A DNA stretch of 61,988 nt, counting the filler, from Choristocarpus tenellus KU-1152 (Eukaryota; Protista; Phaeophyceae), in NCBI GenBank assembly GCA_964200185.2. It is 6 parts of 6 records of this genome, joined end to end, with 100 filler letters (N's around TTAATTAATTAA, not from the genome) between each part and the next. Parts side by side here need not be neighbours in the genome. Positions count along the whole stretch, not along the records: positions 1 to 8,930 come from CAXNAD020004182.1; positions 9,031 to 34,534 come from CAXNAD020000187.1; 4 more parts are not named here. The stretch is one strand, 5' to 3'. The notes beneath the pieces were generated by a model that saw only the letters and a program-made list of their open reading frames with translations, made no database searches and was not told where the DNA came from. This document shows positions 1 to 12,400 of this stretch, in pieces. The translations under genes were made by a program, and so were the position numbers. Each line of letters begins with the position of its first letter. The first letter of the stretch is position 1.

Positions 1-90
1 AAACGCGATAGCCAAAATTACATCAAAATCGCATCATTGGATTTTGACCCCAAAATGGACGCGGCTCTACCCTCTAAGATACTTTGTCTC
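1..90 (-). mobile_element. MITE family A, partial copy cut by the window edge
   Basis: Reverse complement of the first ~90 bp of the element at 2977-3234; ends in the TIR TACCCTCTAAGATACTTTGTCTC. Confidence 0.85.
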
Positions 91-2737
91 ACACCTTACA
101 CTTTTTGTTGATCTCTTCTAGGACTTCATCGTGTTCCTGTGGTTGCAATACCCAGGGTTATCTACCATTTCCCAATAGTCTGAACCTCAGCACTATGCAT
201 CAGTTAAATTTCATATCAAAACTATACAATGATGCTGCATCACTCGTTGCCTTGTGCATTACTAATAATTGCCATGCACTGTTCTGCAAAAGAAGCCAGG
301 CATATTTTCATCAATTCACTCCTAGGAACCAAGTGCCTTGCACGTCAAATCTTACACCAAACACAACACCAATCTCTCACTTAACTCTAGAAGTATATAC
401 AAAACAGCAAGTGTTGCACACACTCAAAAACTAACATGAAATCTTGATTGGATGAATCTACCAACCTCCAGTTATTGTGTCACACATCATGATGTATATC
501 TTTGTTCATGTGTGTCATGTACGTTACGTGTGCTGCCTTGATTGTTTGGTTGTGTTATAATAGTTTCAGAGCAACCCGGTTGCAGGAACAAACAACAGCT
601 GCCTCCTCACCACTACCACACCGCCATATCAGGAGTGGTGACCTAAATGTATCAATGTAAATTTTAGATGACCGGCACAGTTCAACAAAGCAGGAGCCTG
701 CCAAATATCATGCATTCACTCTGGAAAGACTCTATCTACAGTAAGAGGTATGTTGTTACTGCTCTACTGCCCCCCTCTGACCCTTTAACGCACATAAGCA
801 TTAAGAAAGGTGTGCTCTGCTTGGTCAGTAACAAGTAACACACAAATCCACAAAGGTCTACAACCTGTCATGGCACCTCAGCCAAGTTGATTATGATAAG
901 TCCATTGGTAGACTATAAATCCAGTCCAGGGTACCAATTGCTTGCCATCTATCAGCAAGGCCTGGGCAGCTTCTGGACAGCAGAAGCTATTTTTCAGACA
1001 CCACTCCCTCACTTTAAAGTCACAATTTCTTATTTGAAGATGTCAAACTACATATCAATCAATACTTCATCATATAACCGGTCTTTCCTTTTTGCAGGAT
1101 GTGTGCCATTCTCAATTTCACACCTTGTTGAAATTCCAAAGCCAGAAAGTTCAAAACTGCCCATACTGCTTGAAACTTGCACAGATGACTTGACAATACA
1201 TGCAGCACCAACAACATGTATGGCGCGATTCATGATGAATTGCAGGCAGAGCATAAGCCATCATTCTAACAGTGCAATGCTATACCTGGGAGTGTCAGGT
1301 GTGCCATCAAAATGTCATAGCTGGGTGTAGACGTTGATTGGTAAATTAAACGATCCATCTCTAAGTAGACAATGATATGGTTTATACAACTCTGAGTTAA
1401 CTGTCTCTTCGTTGAACAGATAGAAGATATTTATTATAGAAATCAATGATAGATATAGGTGCTGCTGTGAGGAATGGAGCTCGAAGGACTGCTCAGGAAA
1501 TCGGGAACTTGTGATTGGCGTGCCTAACACTTTGAAAAATTCCCCTGCATTCATATTCTCTCAGCAGAGAATCATGGGAGCATGCACTGAGCTCGTACAA
1601 GACTGCTACTATATGAGGCTGCTGTTGGTGTTGCGGTCAGGTTGTCTAGTTTCCCTTCCAGGGCCTAGAGAAGATACTTTGGCTCTTAATAGAAGAAAGT
1701 AGCCCTATTTTCCTATCTGAAAAATTATGCCCTTCTGTGAAATATTTGATCCCACCACTGCTGCAGGTCTAAGCTCAGCATTGGCCCATCTCCAGTCTTG
1801 AAGAGACTTGTTGAAGCTCTTTTATATTGACATCACACAGGGAAAACCAAAAACTCGACAGAACATCTCCACTACTATCAGAAATGGGTGTGGACAAGGC
1901 CCTTGCACTGGTAAGCCTTCTCTCTTGTTGTTACCACAGATTGTGCCAACTGATAGCATCACCATCATGGTATGATACCAGAGAATATGTTTTTTAAATA
2001 AATTGTGGGAGAGAGAACAAACATAAGAGAAAGGACTGTGGATGTAGGGTGAGTGAAGATGAACTGATCCAGAGAGATGAAGGATTGTACCTATTGCTTG
2101 ATACAAAGAAAGGGGGAGCAGGATCAAAGATTGACCAAGCGATGTGCAGTTGGAGTTCCTGCTGTATCATCAAGTGCAACAAGAGGGTCAAGATGCAGGT
2201 GTCCACTACTACTAGTGGGGTAGCAAGAAGGCTATGAGAACAAAACCATTACCGCAAAAAGAGTATGTGCTGATAGCTTGAGAGAGGTTAACATGGTAAA
2301 AACGATGAGAAGAAAGAATAGTATATATATACTAGATGGAAACATAGGGTAGTCGTAGTAGTGGTGTATTTTCCTCTTCCTCTCTGTACTGACGATGTAG
2401 TGTTACAGGCAATATGTCTTGATGGTGGTTTAATAAAAACTATTATGACCTTAAAGTCCTAGATTTGATGTATTTTGTACTTCTTGACTATTTATTTTTA
2501 TATAGTAATTATCATGCCCCCAGATGGTACATCGTTGCCAGTTCCTCTTACATGACGATTTTGATGATACTCATGAAGGGAACAATCCAAGTGAGAGATC
2601 CAGCATATTTGATGACTTGTGCATCAGGAGTCCTATACGTGCATTGGCATCATCTATAAGCTTGTAGACTGGAGCTATACATCCTGTGGAGGTAAGCTTC
2701 TGGAGCGTGCTGTAACAGTAGCATTTGACCTTCCATC

Positions 2738-2769
2738 TAACCCTAAACCTAACCCTAACCCTAACCCTA
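2738..2769. repeat. Interstitial telomere-like (CCCTAA)n tract
   Basis: TAACCCTAAACCTAACCCTAACCCTAACCCTA read directly. Confidence 0.85.
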
Positions 2770-2976
2770 ATCAAAATACACTTGATCTTCGTCAGGAGAG
2801 AGGAGCGGTGCTCGTTGCCTAGTAGACACAATGAAAATCCTGGCTTTGTTGCTCTCTTTGTTCAGTTGGCTACACTACTAAGTATATTTTGAAAACTTTT
2901 GATTTATGCTTGTCTTCCAGTGATGAGTGGAGTAGGCAGTGAGTACTATAATAATATTTGGAGTATTTTTGTGTTG

Positions 2977-3234
2977 GAGTCAAAGTATCTTTGAGGGTAG
3001 GGCCGCGTTCATTTCGGGGCCAAAATCCAATGTTGTGATTTTGATGTAATTTTGGCTATCGCGTTTGTTAGGAAGAGTCAATATCCATATCCCAGACACA
3101 CCTTTTCAGAACGTATACATTCTACCTACTCCGTAACATTTTGGAGTAGGAAAATGTAATAAAAATCCCCATGGGAAGCCAAGCCCCAATGGACAAACAG
3201 GGCAACACTCGTACCCTCTAAGATACTTTCACTC
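2977..3234 (+). mobile_element. MITE family A (non-autonomous DNA transposon, ~260 bp)
   Basis: TIRs GAGTCAAAGTATCTTTGAGGGTA ... TACCCTCTAAGATACTTTCACTC; flanked by a 4-bp direct repeat GTTG; several similar copies in the window. Confidence 0.9.
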
Positions 3235-4613
3235 GTTGTGTGCATGGCTCTTGAAGATAATGTAAACTCTTTTAGTAGAACTGAATCGGTGAAGGCACAC
3301 CTGCTAGAAATTGTACCTGTCACAGAATAAGTATGTGGTGATTCCAAGGTGTTTCATACATTTCGAGCCATAAACAACCAGCTACTGGGCAAGTTGGGGC
3401 TTGACGGACTTGTGGAACTATTTCCCTGTTTCTGGTCTGCCTTTGTAGTGATAGTTTACAAATAGTTTCAACTTTATGTGTCTTAATGGGCTTTGTTGTT
3501 CTTAACAAAAAAAAACTCAGTAAATAGATTCCTATTACTCAAAATAGTGATGATGGAGTTGGTTTATTGTTTGTTGTTTTCAAACATCCTATAACTATGG
3601 TTGGATGTAGTAGAGAAGGCCTTAACTGTACTGCAAGCAATGCAGACTTCCTTGTTGTTACGTTTATTGTATTCTACGCTTTGTATGTTGCATTTAATTC
3701 TCTCCATGATACTCCATGATGACATCCGGAAAGTGTCACCTAGGCATGAAAAAATAAAGTGCATCACTCTTTTAAGGCCTACCACTATAATAGGCATTTG
3801 ATCGGACATTACACCCTTGTTTGTTTGCTCTCCGCGTTTAGAGTGAAAAACATAAATACTGGAGCAGCGTACAAGGAGTTGCAGGCATGTCGCCACGAAG
3901 ATGTGACACTTGCTTTGAAATGGTTGTGCGCATTTAGGTGGTACTAACTCACTCTATACTTTGTATATATATTATTAATACTTAGGGTGGGTCTTGAGAA
4001 TTTTGAAAGGCCATTTATAGGGTCGAGCAATGATGGATGTACCAAATCGGAAGGGTGAAAATCGTCTATATGAAATACCAAAAGCTTCCAACTAATAACA
4101 ATTACTAGCAAAAATATAACTTTTATTCTTGTTACACAGAAGGGGTTAGAGGTCCTCTTACTGTTTTCTACTCAAACATGTGATATCGTTAATAAAAAAT
4201 ATAGCAGGAGCTTCCAAAAGTGGAGATTATTTTATTTATTGATCATGTCTCCTTCGCTTAACTCTATATTTTGCTTGATAAATTGTGTGGACAGAAGACC
4301 CACCTACTCTGTATATATATGATTATCGGTTGGCTTGTGATGAAACCTAAATCTATAATGGACACCTCAATAAATTTTAAAGATCTACCGCTGATATTTA
4401 ATACTCAAAGTAGTGATCTATCTTAAAATAAAACTGTAAATGAGTATACCATGTACAAGTATCAAGGCATGGATTGGTGGTTAGTATGTTAGATTGAAAA
4501 AAAATGTGAGACTAGCTATAAAACTGCAATCACTTGCCTTTCCATCAGAGAAATAGATGAAGGACAAACAAGTTGCCTGGATCCTCAACTCGTGGTTCTC
4601 TTTTCTCGCTTGG

Positions 4614-4874
4614 GAGTCAAAGTATCTTAAGAGGGTAGAGCTGCGTCCGTTTGGGGGCCATAATCCAATGTTGCGATTTTGATGCGATCTTGGCTATGGC
4701 GTTTGTTAGGAAGTGCCAATATCCTTGTTCCGGACACACCTTTTCATAACGTATACATTTGACCTACTCCAAAACATATCAGAGTAGGAAAATGTCATTA
4801 AAAAAAAAATGGGAAGCCAAGCCCCAAATTAGACAAACAGGGCAAAACTCGTACCCTCTAAGATACTTTTACTC
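4614..4874 (+). mobile_element. MITE family A
   Basis: Same internal sequence and TIRs; flanks TTGG / ATGG (3 of 4 match). Confidence 0.9.
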
Positions 4875-5555
4875 ATGGGTTACATGGTAGGGGTCATTCC
4901 CCTCCACCCTACAAGCTCCACCACAGAACAAGCCAACAATATCTCCCTGTGGACTCTGGAGAAGATCATGGAGGTGGAAGACTCGGCTAGGGTAGCTGAG
5001 TTCTTTGATGAGGTGTGTGAAAATAGGTCTCTTCGTCTAGAAGTACACACCAGCAAGTGCAGGTGCAAACGACCGCAAGTTTAGGAGGCCTAGACCCATC
5101 CTTGACGAGATACCACCAACAAGCAATTTTTCTGGGATTGATAGTGGCTACTCTCCCCACCTTTCTAGTCAGGCGACAACAAGCCCATGGAGAGGCTTTT
5201 ACCCAGGTAATTTATGGAAGTCCTACTACACAACCCCAATGATCCTTTATCTACGCCATTTCCTCATCAGGAGTCCCCTCGGCAGACCTGGTGGGATTGA
5301 TGGTCAAGGCTGTGTGGACTGGGCAGCACAACAGCTCCTGCTGTCGTTCCGGATGTCCACACTTTGGCAGGTCATGGTGACAGGATAATGAGGAGGGCAT
5401 ACATTAAATTACCTGTCCATAAAATAAACAGAACCCGTTTAGACTCATTTCAGATACAACTAGCAAACCTTCTTGTAGATGCAGAGGAACAGTGGAAGGA
5501 TAGTTCCTTGCTGACTCTAGCCTATCACTGGGGTCAGTGTAGGTAAGGGGCAACT

Positions 5556-5803
5556 GAGTAAAAGTATCTGAGAGGTCCGGGATTTTTCCCTGTTTGTCCA
5601 TTTGGGGCTTGGCTTGCCTTGGGGTTTTAATGACATTTTCCTACTCCAAAAATGTTTCGGAGTAGGTAAATGTATACGTTATGAAAAGGTGTTCAGAACA
5701 ATGATATTGACACTTCCTAACAAAGACGATAGCCAAAATTACGTCGAAATTGAAACATTGGATTTTGGCCCCCAAATGGACGAGGCTCTACCCTCTAAGA
5801 GTC
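5556..5803 (-). mobile_element. MITE family A, inverted copy
   Basis: Reverse complement of the family A sequence with a small deletion in one TIR; flanked by AACT / AACT. Confidence 0.85.
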
Positions 5804-5943
5804 AACTTTTCAGAGGAATGGGCATTCCTTGAACTACATGGACATGGCGTTCCATGCTGGGGTACTATGCACCTAACCCACTCATCAACCAGCAATGGTG
5901 TTGCTGCTGCAGTTCTGGAGCCATGAATACGCACCCACTATAT

Positions 5944-6126
5944 GACTCAAAGTATCTTGGGGGAGGTGGTGGCTGTCCATTCAGGGTCTATTTTTCCATG
6001 TCTTGATTTTTGGGTGATTTGATTGCATGTGTCAGATGGATAATATAATTGTACTTCTCCTGGTCAGGGCCCGAATGGACACCCTGGTATATACCCCCCC
6101 CATACACATAACAGATACTTTGAGCC
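5944..6126 (+). mobile_element. MITE family B (related termini, different interior)
   Basis: GACTCAAAGTATCT ... AGATACTTTGAGCC inverted ends; flanked by ATAT / ATAT; its left end recurs at 54545-54583. Confidence 0.75.
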
Positions 6127-8930
6127 ATATGGTGTATCTTTTGACCCTTGTAGTTTTAATTTCAACACCTTTTTTGCAGTGGAAACTGTTGGGTGGCTCG
6201 CTAGTCTATGTCCACCCACAACGTTGGGGGGACAGGGGGACAGTTGGGGGGACAGAGACTGGGATTTACTGTCAGAAAGCGGCAATTAAGAGTCCTTTGA
6301 GACATACAGTCTATCCATCACTCCACAAGGAGCTCTCTTGAACGCTTCACATGTTTAATGTAAGAGACACCGGACAAGGTGGGCATTAAAGGCCCTAACA
6401 GATTCCTGTTATTCTTCCCTTTCTCTTCACACAACTTCATAGGGCTAGGCCGGGGATATTGAAAATATTAACACCAGCCATAAATAATAGAGAGGATCTC
6501 CCTGCGTAGTTTGTTTTGGAATACTACGACGTATGAGTGTGTTTTTACCATCGACAAGAATTAATTGCATCCGAAGTTTTGGCGTTGTAGTTTGGTTTAC
6601 GTATTTTCCCTCTTATGACACATCTCTACAAAATAGTGGGCATAACATAATATACAATTCCAGGAATTTGGAAGTATAGGAGTGATGGACTCGGCGAGAC
6701 CCGCAATGTGAGAGAAACCAATAACTGTATGAAGTTTTGAAAAATTCCTCTACAGTCAATGGCATATACTTAAGACGACCTTTCATGCCAATCAGCGTGC
6801 GAAAATCGTCTTGTGGTGACATCTGGAGCAATTTGGACTAGTGACACGATAACCTGGTTTGTGTCTGTTTTGAAACCTCTAACGAGATATGTGCAATTGA
6901 TTGCTCGCGTCGTGCTTGTTGTGAGCAAATTGGATTGGTGAGACGACGATATAGTTTATAGCTATAATCTATTACTGTCCCTTACAATATTTGGCAGACG
7001 TATCATCATGGAAAAAATAACCCCTTACTTATATCTTAGAAGGACTACTTTAAATAGAGCACATAGTTGTAGTCAATGACACCTCTCTGACAATTTTTTG
7101 CTTTTTGATAACTACAGTAGTATGTGGTGATCCACCAACCACTCCGATCCACCCAAGCCTTCACAGGTCTCTTGTTTCCTCCCCCACTCCTTTACAGGTC
7201 TCTTGTTTCCTCCCCTCCTTTCAGGTCTCGAACACATAATATTAAAAATATAGTCAACCTGATAAGGGGGGGACTCCGATTTATTCTCTTGTTAAAAAGG
7301 GATGTGGTTGATTTTTCGCCTACTAAATTAAACATATATTCTACGTAGTACCTACAATTTGGTTCCTTCTTTCCAATTACATCAATATTCCCAGATTTTT
7401 TGGTGCCCGTTTCGACTCTTTTAGATTGGTCGTTTTGATTTAAAAAATCGGGACCGACCACATCTACGTTCATACTTACCTACTTGAAGGTCTCGATTGG
7501 TGAGTAGGGGCTAGGAACTACATAAGGATTCACTTCGGATCAAACATGATTGAGGGTTGTCAAAGTTTCCTTCCTCCTGTGTGCAGCCAGTTGAAGGTAT
7601 TTATTTTCAGGTCTCAGGTACATTTTATAATTTTCTTCGAGATACAGGTTAATCGCATCACCAAGATCCACCCCTCACAAACCTACCAGATGTAGTCTGA
7701 GTGGTAAAGGAAGAGAGCACTTGTGATCACGATGGGGTCTCATTTCCTCCAGCCAGCTACGAAATATTGAAACCGGGTGTAGCCGATCGAGAACAGTCTG
7801 TTCTTCTTTCGGTAGAAGAACCTCACGCCCCTCACCACAATGGGGGTTTGCCAACCATACTCCCATCGAAGTTGGGCATCACTACATCCCCTAGGCAATC
7901 AAAAGACGCTTCATATCTCCTTTTTGTATTTCGCAACTATTTGTTTCAGTTTGGGAAAGATAAGGGAGGCGGTTGACTAATTTTTGTGATTCAGGGTGGA
8001 GTGGACGTGTACGGTAGCCGCAATAGATACACTTCGCACTAGTGGATATGGGACTAGATAATTCCTTCCACCTGGACGCGTATCCCCTTTGTCTGCTACT
8101 CAGGCCGAAATCCTTTCTCGCTGCTGATGCATCTTTCTATCCTCACATAGTTTTCTTTACTCCCCTCCGAATCCTTTGATACCAGGATATGGAGCCCGCC
8201 AACTGTGCAGAGAGCTTGCCAATTGAAGCCACTGACGTGCCCCACGGCGACACCCATTACCTCACCATGGTGAGTCTATCAAGTCATATCACACGATAAC
8301 GCTGGTTGAGGATGTGATTGGCATTCGGAATTAGCTTCGGAGGTGGTAAACGAACTGGCGAGAGACATACCGTTTGACTTTTCCAAATATATGATAGTTG
8401 TATAGGCTAGGCATCTTTCATCATGCAGCTCCAACAAAAAATTAAAAACTTTCAGTATTCCACTCCACCCTTGCTAGTAGCAGCTACAAGTTGATGGGAA
8501 GGACACTTGCCCAAAATTGTTTTTGTGGTAGATCTCAACTTTTCCCTTTATCTCCTGCCTGTAAAGTATCTCTCATGTATCCACTAGGGAGATAAACTTT
8601 CTAAAAGTGGATATGTTCATTAACTCTAACTTGCAACAACCAGATGGGGTATCTTGTTACAAGATGGGACGGTTTATAACAAAACACTAGCTAATGTGCC
8701 CCACAAGTACTTACGTGTTGGCATTTGGAGGTGGGGAAACACGGTTTCTCACCTGGAAGTATACCATTAGCTATATACAATATTTGCGGTCAATGGCCAA
8801 CCCAGTAGACAAACTCTGTAGTAGTAGGAGTTGACAAAGGAGGGTAAAATTACTTCTTCGAGAAATTTGCTAGTTTGCTTCTGCCTTATTCCTGTCCTTG
8901 AGAATATCATCTTTGCGTGAAATATCAATG

Positions 8931-9030
8931 NNNNNNNNNNNNNNNNNNNNNNNNNNNNNNNNNNNNNNNNNNNNTTAATTAATTAANNNNNNNNNNNNNN
9001 NNNNNNNNNNNNNNNNNNNNNNNNNNNNNN
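8931..9030. other. Artificial contig spacer
   Basis: N44-TTAATTAATTAA-N44, a six-frame stop linker. Confidence 0.98.
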
Positions 9031-9404
9031 GTGGTATTCGCGCCAGGGGCAATAGGGGAATAGGACAAAGCCTGTGTTCCAGAACTCATGGGGTAAGTCT
9101 TTGTGAGAAGATATATCATGATCAAGGATCAAGTAACAATTGATTTTTTTAATATTCGCAGTACATGTTCTTAGATAGTGCTCCTGATACACTATAGACA
9201 CTACCGGTGGATTATGTAACAGGACGGAGAGCCATTGACATATATCATATCTCCTGACTCAACCTCGTGTCCATTAATTTCTGTGTTACACTTGCCATAC
9301 TTCCTCAGTCGAGCAAAGAAGTGATGCATAGCAAATTAGTTGGACGATTGCAAACCCAAGAGGAAAGGTAATGATAGTGTAGGCTTGTCTCACACACCTA
9401 TTCA

Positions 9405-12400
9405 GTGCGCGAAATCGAGACCATAAGCCCCAGTCACCCAGAATTCTTCCGCCCACAAACTCAGATACTCCATAAACTCTCACTTCATCATTTGCCTCTT
9501 CTCCTGGATATAGGAGAGGATATTAAGGAGGGAATACGATACTACCCTGAACTACATATCGCTGTATCTACCTACCCCCTTCCCTACATATCCTGTGCCT
9601 TGAAGAGGAAAAGAACGAGTCTCTTTCTGTGCTGTTCTCCAGCCAAAAGTTTTTCCGTGCTGGAAATGGAGGTGAGCGTGTCATCTGATAAACACACACA
9701 TCCCTTTTTCAGACATTTGAAGATATAGGTGAAGCAATTCCTTATGAGTGAGCGATCGTCAATTTCATTTTTCTCGTCTCGGAGTCATTCTGGTGTACAA
9801 GAGATGCCCTTTGTAATACAGGCTCCACGCGAAACCATCCCATATCGTTGCCTCGAAAGTGTCACTGTCCCTGACCTAAACAGTTAGAATGTGTTTTTTC
9901 TTCATATCTCACACCAGTCAATGTCCCACCTTCACAATGGGTTAATAACAGGACTTTGAAGCTGTACGTGCCCTGGAAGACGATATCAAGCAGCAGCAGC
10001 TCATACTCCAAGCGAAAGAGAACTTGCTGATGTATCTGCATATTCACTTTGTGCGGAGATATCAGGACCAGTATGATGACTATCACTTTCAGCTCACTCA
10101 ACAACCAAACGACCTGGACTCGTTGAATTTTCGGACATTTTGTGATAAGGAGCTCCTACAGCCTCGCACCTGCGGATCCGTGGACGAGTATCTGAGAGAT
10201 GCACAAGAAGCTAAGCCAAAGTTGGAACGCATTGTGGATTTTATTGCAGCGCGTGTGTCGGCTGATGTGGTTAAGGCTCCGCTGAAGACAAAAGAGAGCA
10301 TTTTACGCAAGGCAAATATGCCTTGGGCGGGCGGCAACCTGCGCCTGGTCACAGATATGGCCAGGATTTCCGTCGTTTGTAAATCAGCGCAAGATCTGGG
10401 GCTTGTGGTGGACCTGGTGAACAGTACCGAGGTGAGTTTTTCCATAATTAAATAATTTTTCATAGGTCGACACTATCCTCTACCATAATGTTTAACAGAG
10501 GAGACTGAGGTATTATCTTCGCCCTCCTTCGCTATATTCTTAGGAGTTGCATGTGAAAAGAGTGAGCAGTGGATTCCGGTTCAGCTACACACCAGGAGGG
10601 TATCGGGATGTGAAAATGAACGTGGTCATCTCACAAGACCATGGTCCGGGGCACCTGTGCGAGGTCCAGCTACATCTGAAAGGTTTCTATGACCTCAAGG
10701 AAGAGTCACACAAAGTATATGAGTGGGCAAGAGAACTGAAGGTCACACATTCAATGGAGGCTTCTCATCTTTTCCGCAACTGGAGTAATGAGGTCACTGA
10801 GAAAATGATCCTTCTTGGGAAGGAGAACTGGTATGGACTGGGGAACACGTTGTCAGCAACACTGCACATGGCTGGAAGATACAAGGAATCAGTGGAGGAG
10901 TGGAAAAAGGTGTGGAAATTGAACTTGTCTTGTTACGAAATGCACAGTTTGGCTTGACTTAATGGTAACATGTGCTCCTGGTACCTTCTGTGCTCTTCCA
11001 GGTACACCAAACAAAACTTGATCAATGGGAGAAAGCCAAGACTTCAGGATCTGACATTCGAAGAGCTGTAATTGCTGTTGTAGAAACAGTCTGTAACATG
11101 GTTCCTTCAGTGATTGCACAAGTGAGGATGAAATGTTAGGTGTACAATATTGCTATGACAATGCATTCCTGCTTAGTCTTGACACTCATTGACATGTGTT
11201 ACAAGTTTGAAAACAACAGCATTAGGTATGTTTTGAAATGTGTAATATTGTGAGGGATCTTTGGGTGGCAAACCGTGCTGAGTTGAGTTTTTCTGTAACA
11301 AATGACTTCATTCATGTTAAGAACAAATGGTAAGGTTTCATATATTTGTAATTTAAAGGCAAATAATTGGCCTACGGTGACTCAATTGTTTCACATGTAA
11401 AAATGTTTTTGCCAGACAACTTAGTTGTTTTCAGTGAATCTTCCATGCCATACCTCCTTTGTGTCAGTACGGACGAGGCTAGAGTCGACCTCCATAGATC
11501 TGATGAAGTACAGTTTTGCTTCATACGATCTATTGATCAAAGCTTGTAATCATCAGCCCTGCGGAAATACATTCTCATGTAGAGATATATAGCGATGACT
11601 TCTGACCAAACTTCCAAACCTAGGCATTAGAAAACTTAACCCACACGGAGATACATCTGATTATTGCTTAATACCTCCTACCCACACTATATATTCTTCT
11701 TTGAATACCCATCGCCAGTCCCCAGCAGAAACTGTTGTGACCCTTCCAGGGTGTGTGCTGGAGGGATGATAATTGAAACTCCTTTACATCTAGTCTTCTA
11801 GGTATCAAATTTTATTTAAAAATAATTCCATGGCATTATGAGGATTGATGATTGCGATGCCTTTGTATGTCCTTTCGACATACCCATTAAAGCTTGCTCT
11901 GGGCCTTCAAGGGTGTGGTTAGTGTTAAGGCTAATGTAGATAAGGTGAACGCCACTGCAAAGCCGACCTCTAAATTAAACCCATCAACCTTTTCAAGATA
12001 AAGTGCTCTAACATTTCGAGGTTTTTGTAGATGATGTACTGTTCTTCCCCAGAGATTAAGATATCTTGCAATCAGGAAGAGATAGGCAAGAACGTTTTGA
12101 ACAAAACAAAGTTAATGACCTGTTAATGACCTGTGCCCTGATGCTACACGAGTTAAATGTACAGTTCACATAGTACAGTTTCTGTGGACAAGTAAAAGGT
12201 CTGAAGTAGATAGAATAGGTAGTGTTCCTTGGTCTGTTTTGTTGTAAAGCTTTGAAATCTGTATCTAGTTGTACATCACATAACGAGTTACCTCTTGAAA
12301 AAATATTGCACATTTTTTGTGTCACCAAAGATGTTGACAGTAGATTGCTTGAAGTTGTCGTTGTGAAAAATAGTTCTCAGGTAGATGCGTTGTCCATGAC

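Noticed and set aside
880-2240. Coding-like stretch on the minus strand, possibly a decayed retroelement
   Set aside because: Many stops and no diagnostic motif recognised; needs tBLASTx.
5602-5832. Short ORFs overlapping MITE copies (also 17918-18124 and 3126-3347)
   Set aside because: Chance frames within non-coding MITE sequence.
7190-8400. Fragmented coding-like sequence on the minus strand
   Set aside because: Frames are broken by stops and no family could be assigned by eye.
8931-9030. TTAATTAATTAA palindrome inside N runs (five occurrences)
   Set aside because: Synthetic six-frame stop linker used to join contigs; ORFs ending in LIN or X runs are artefacts.
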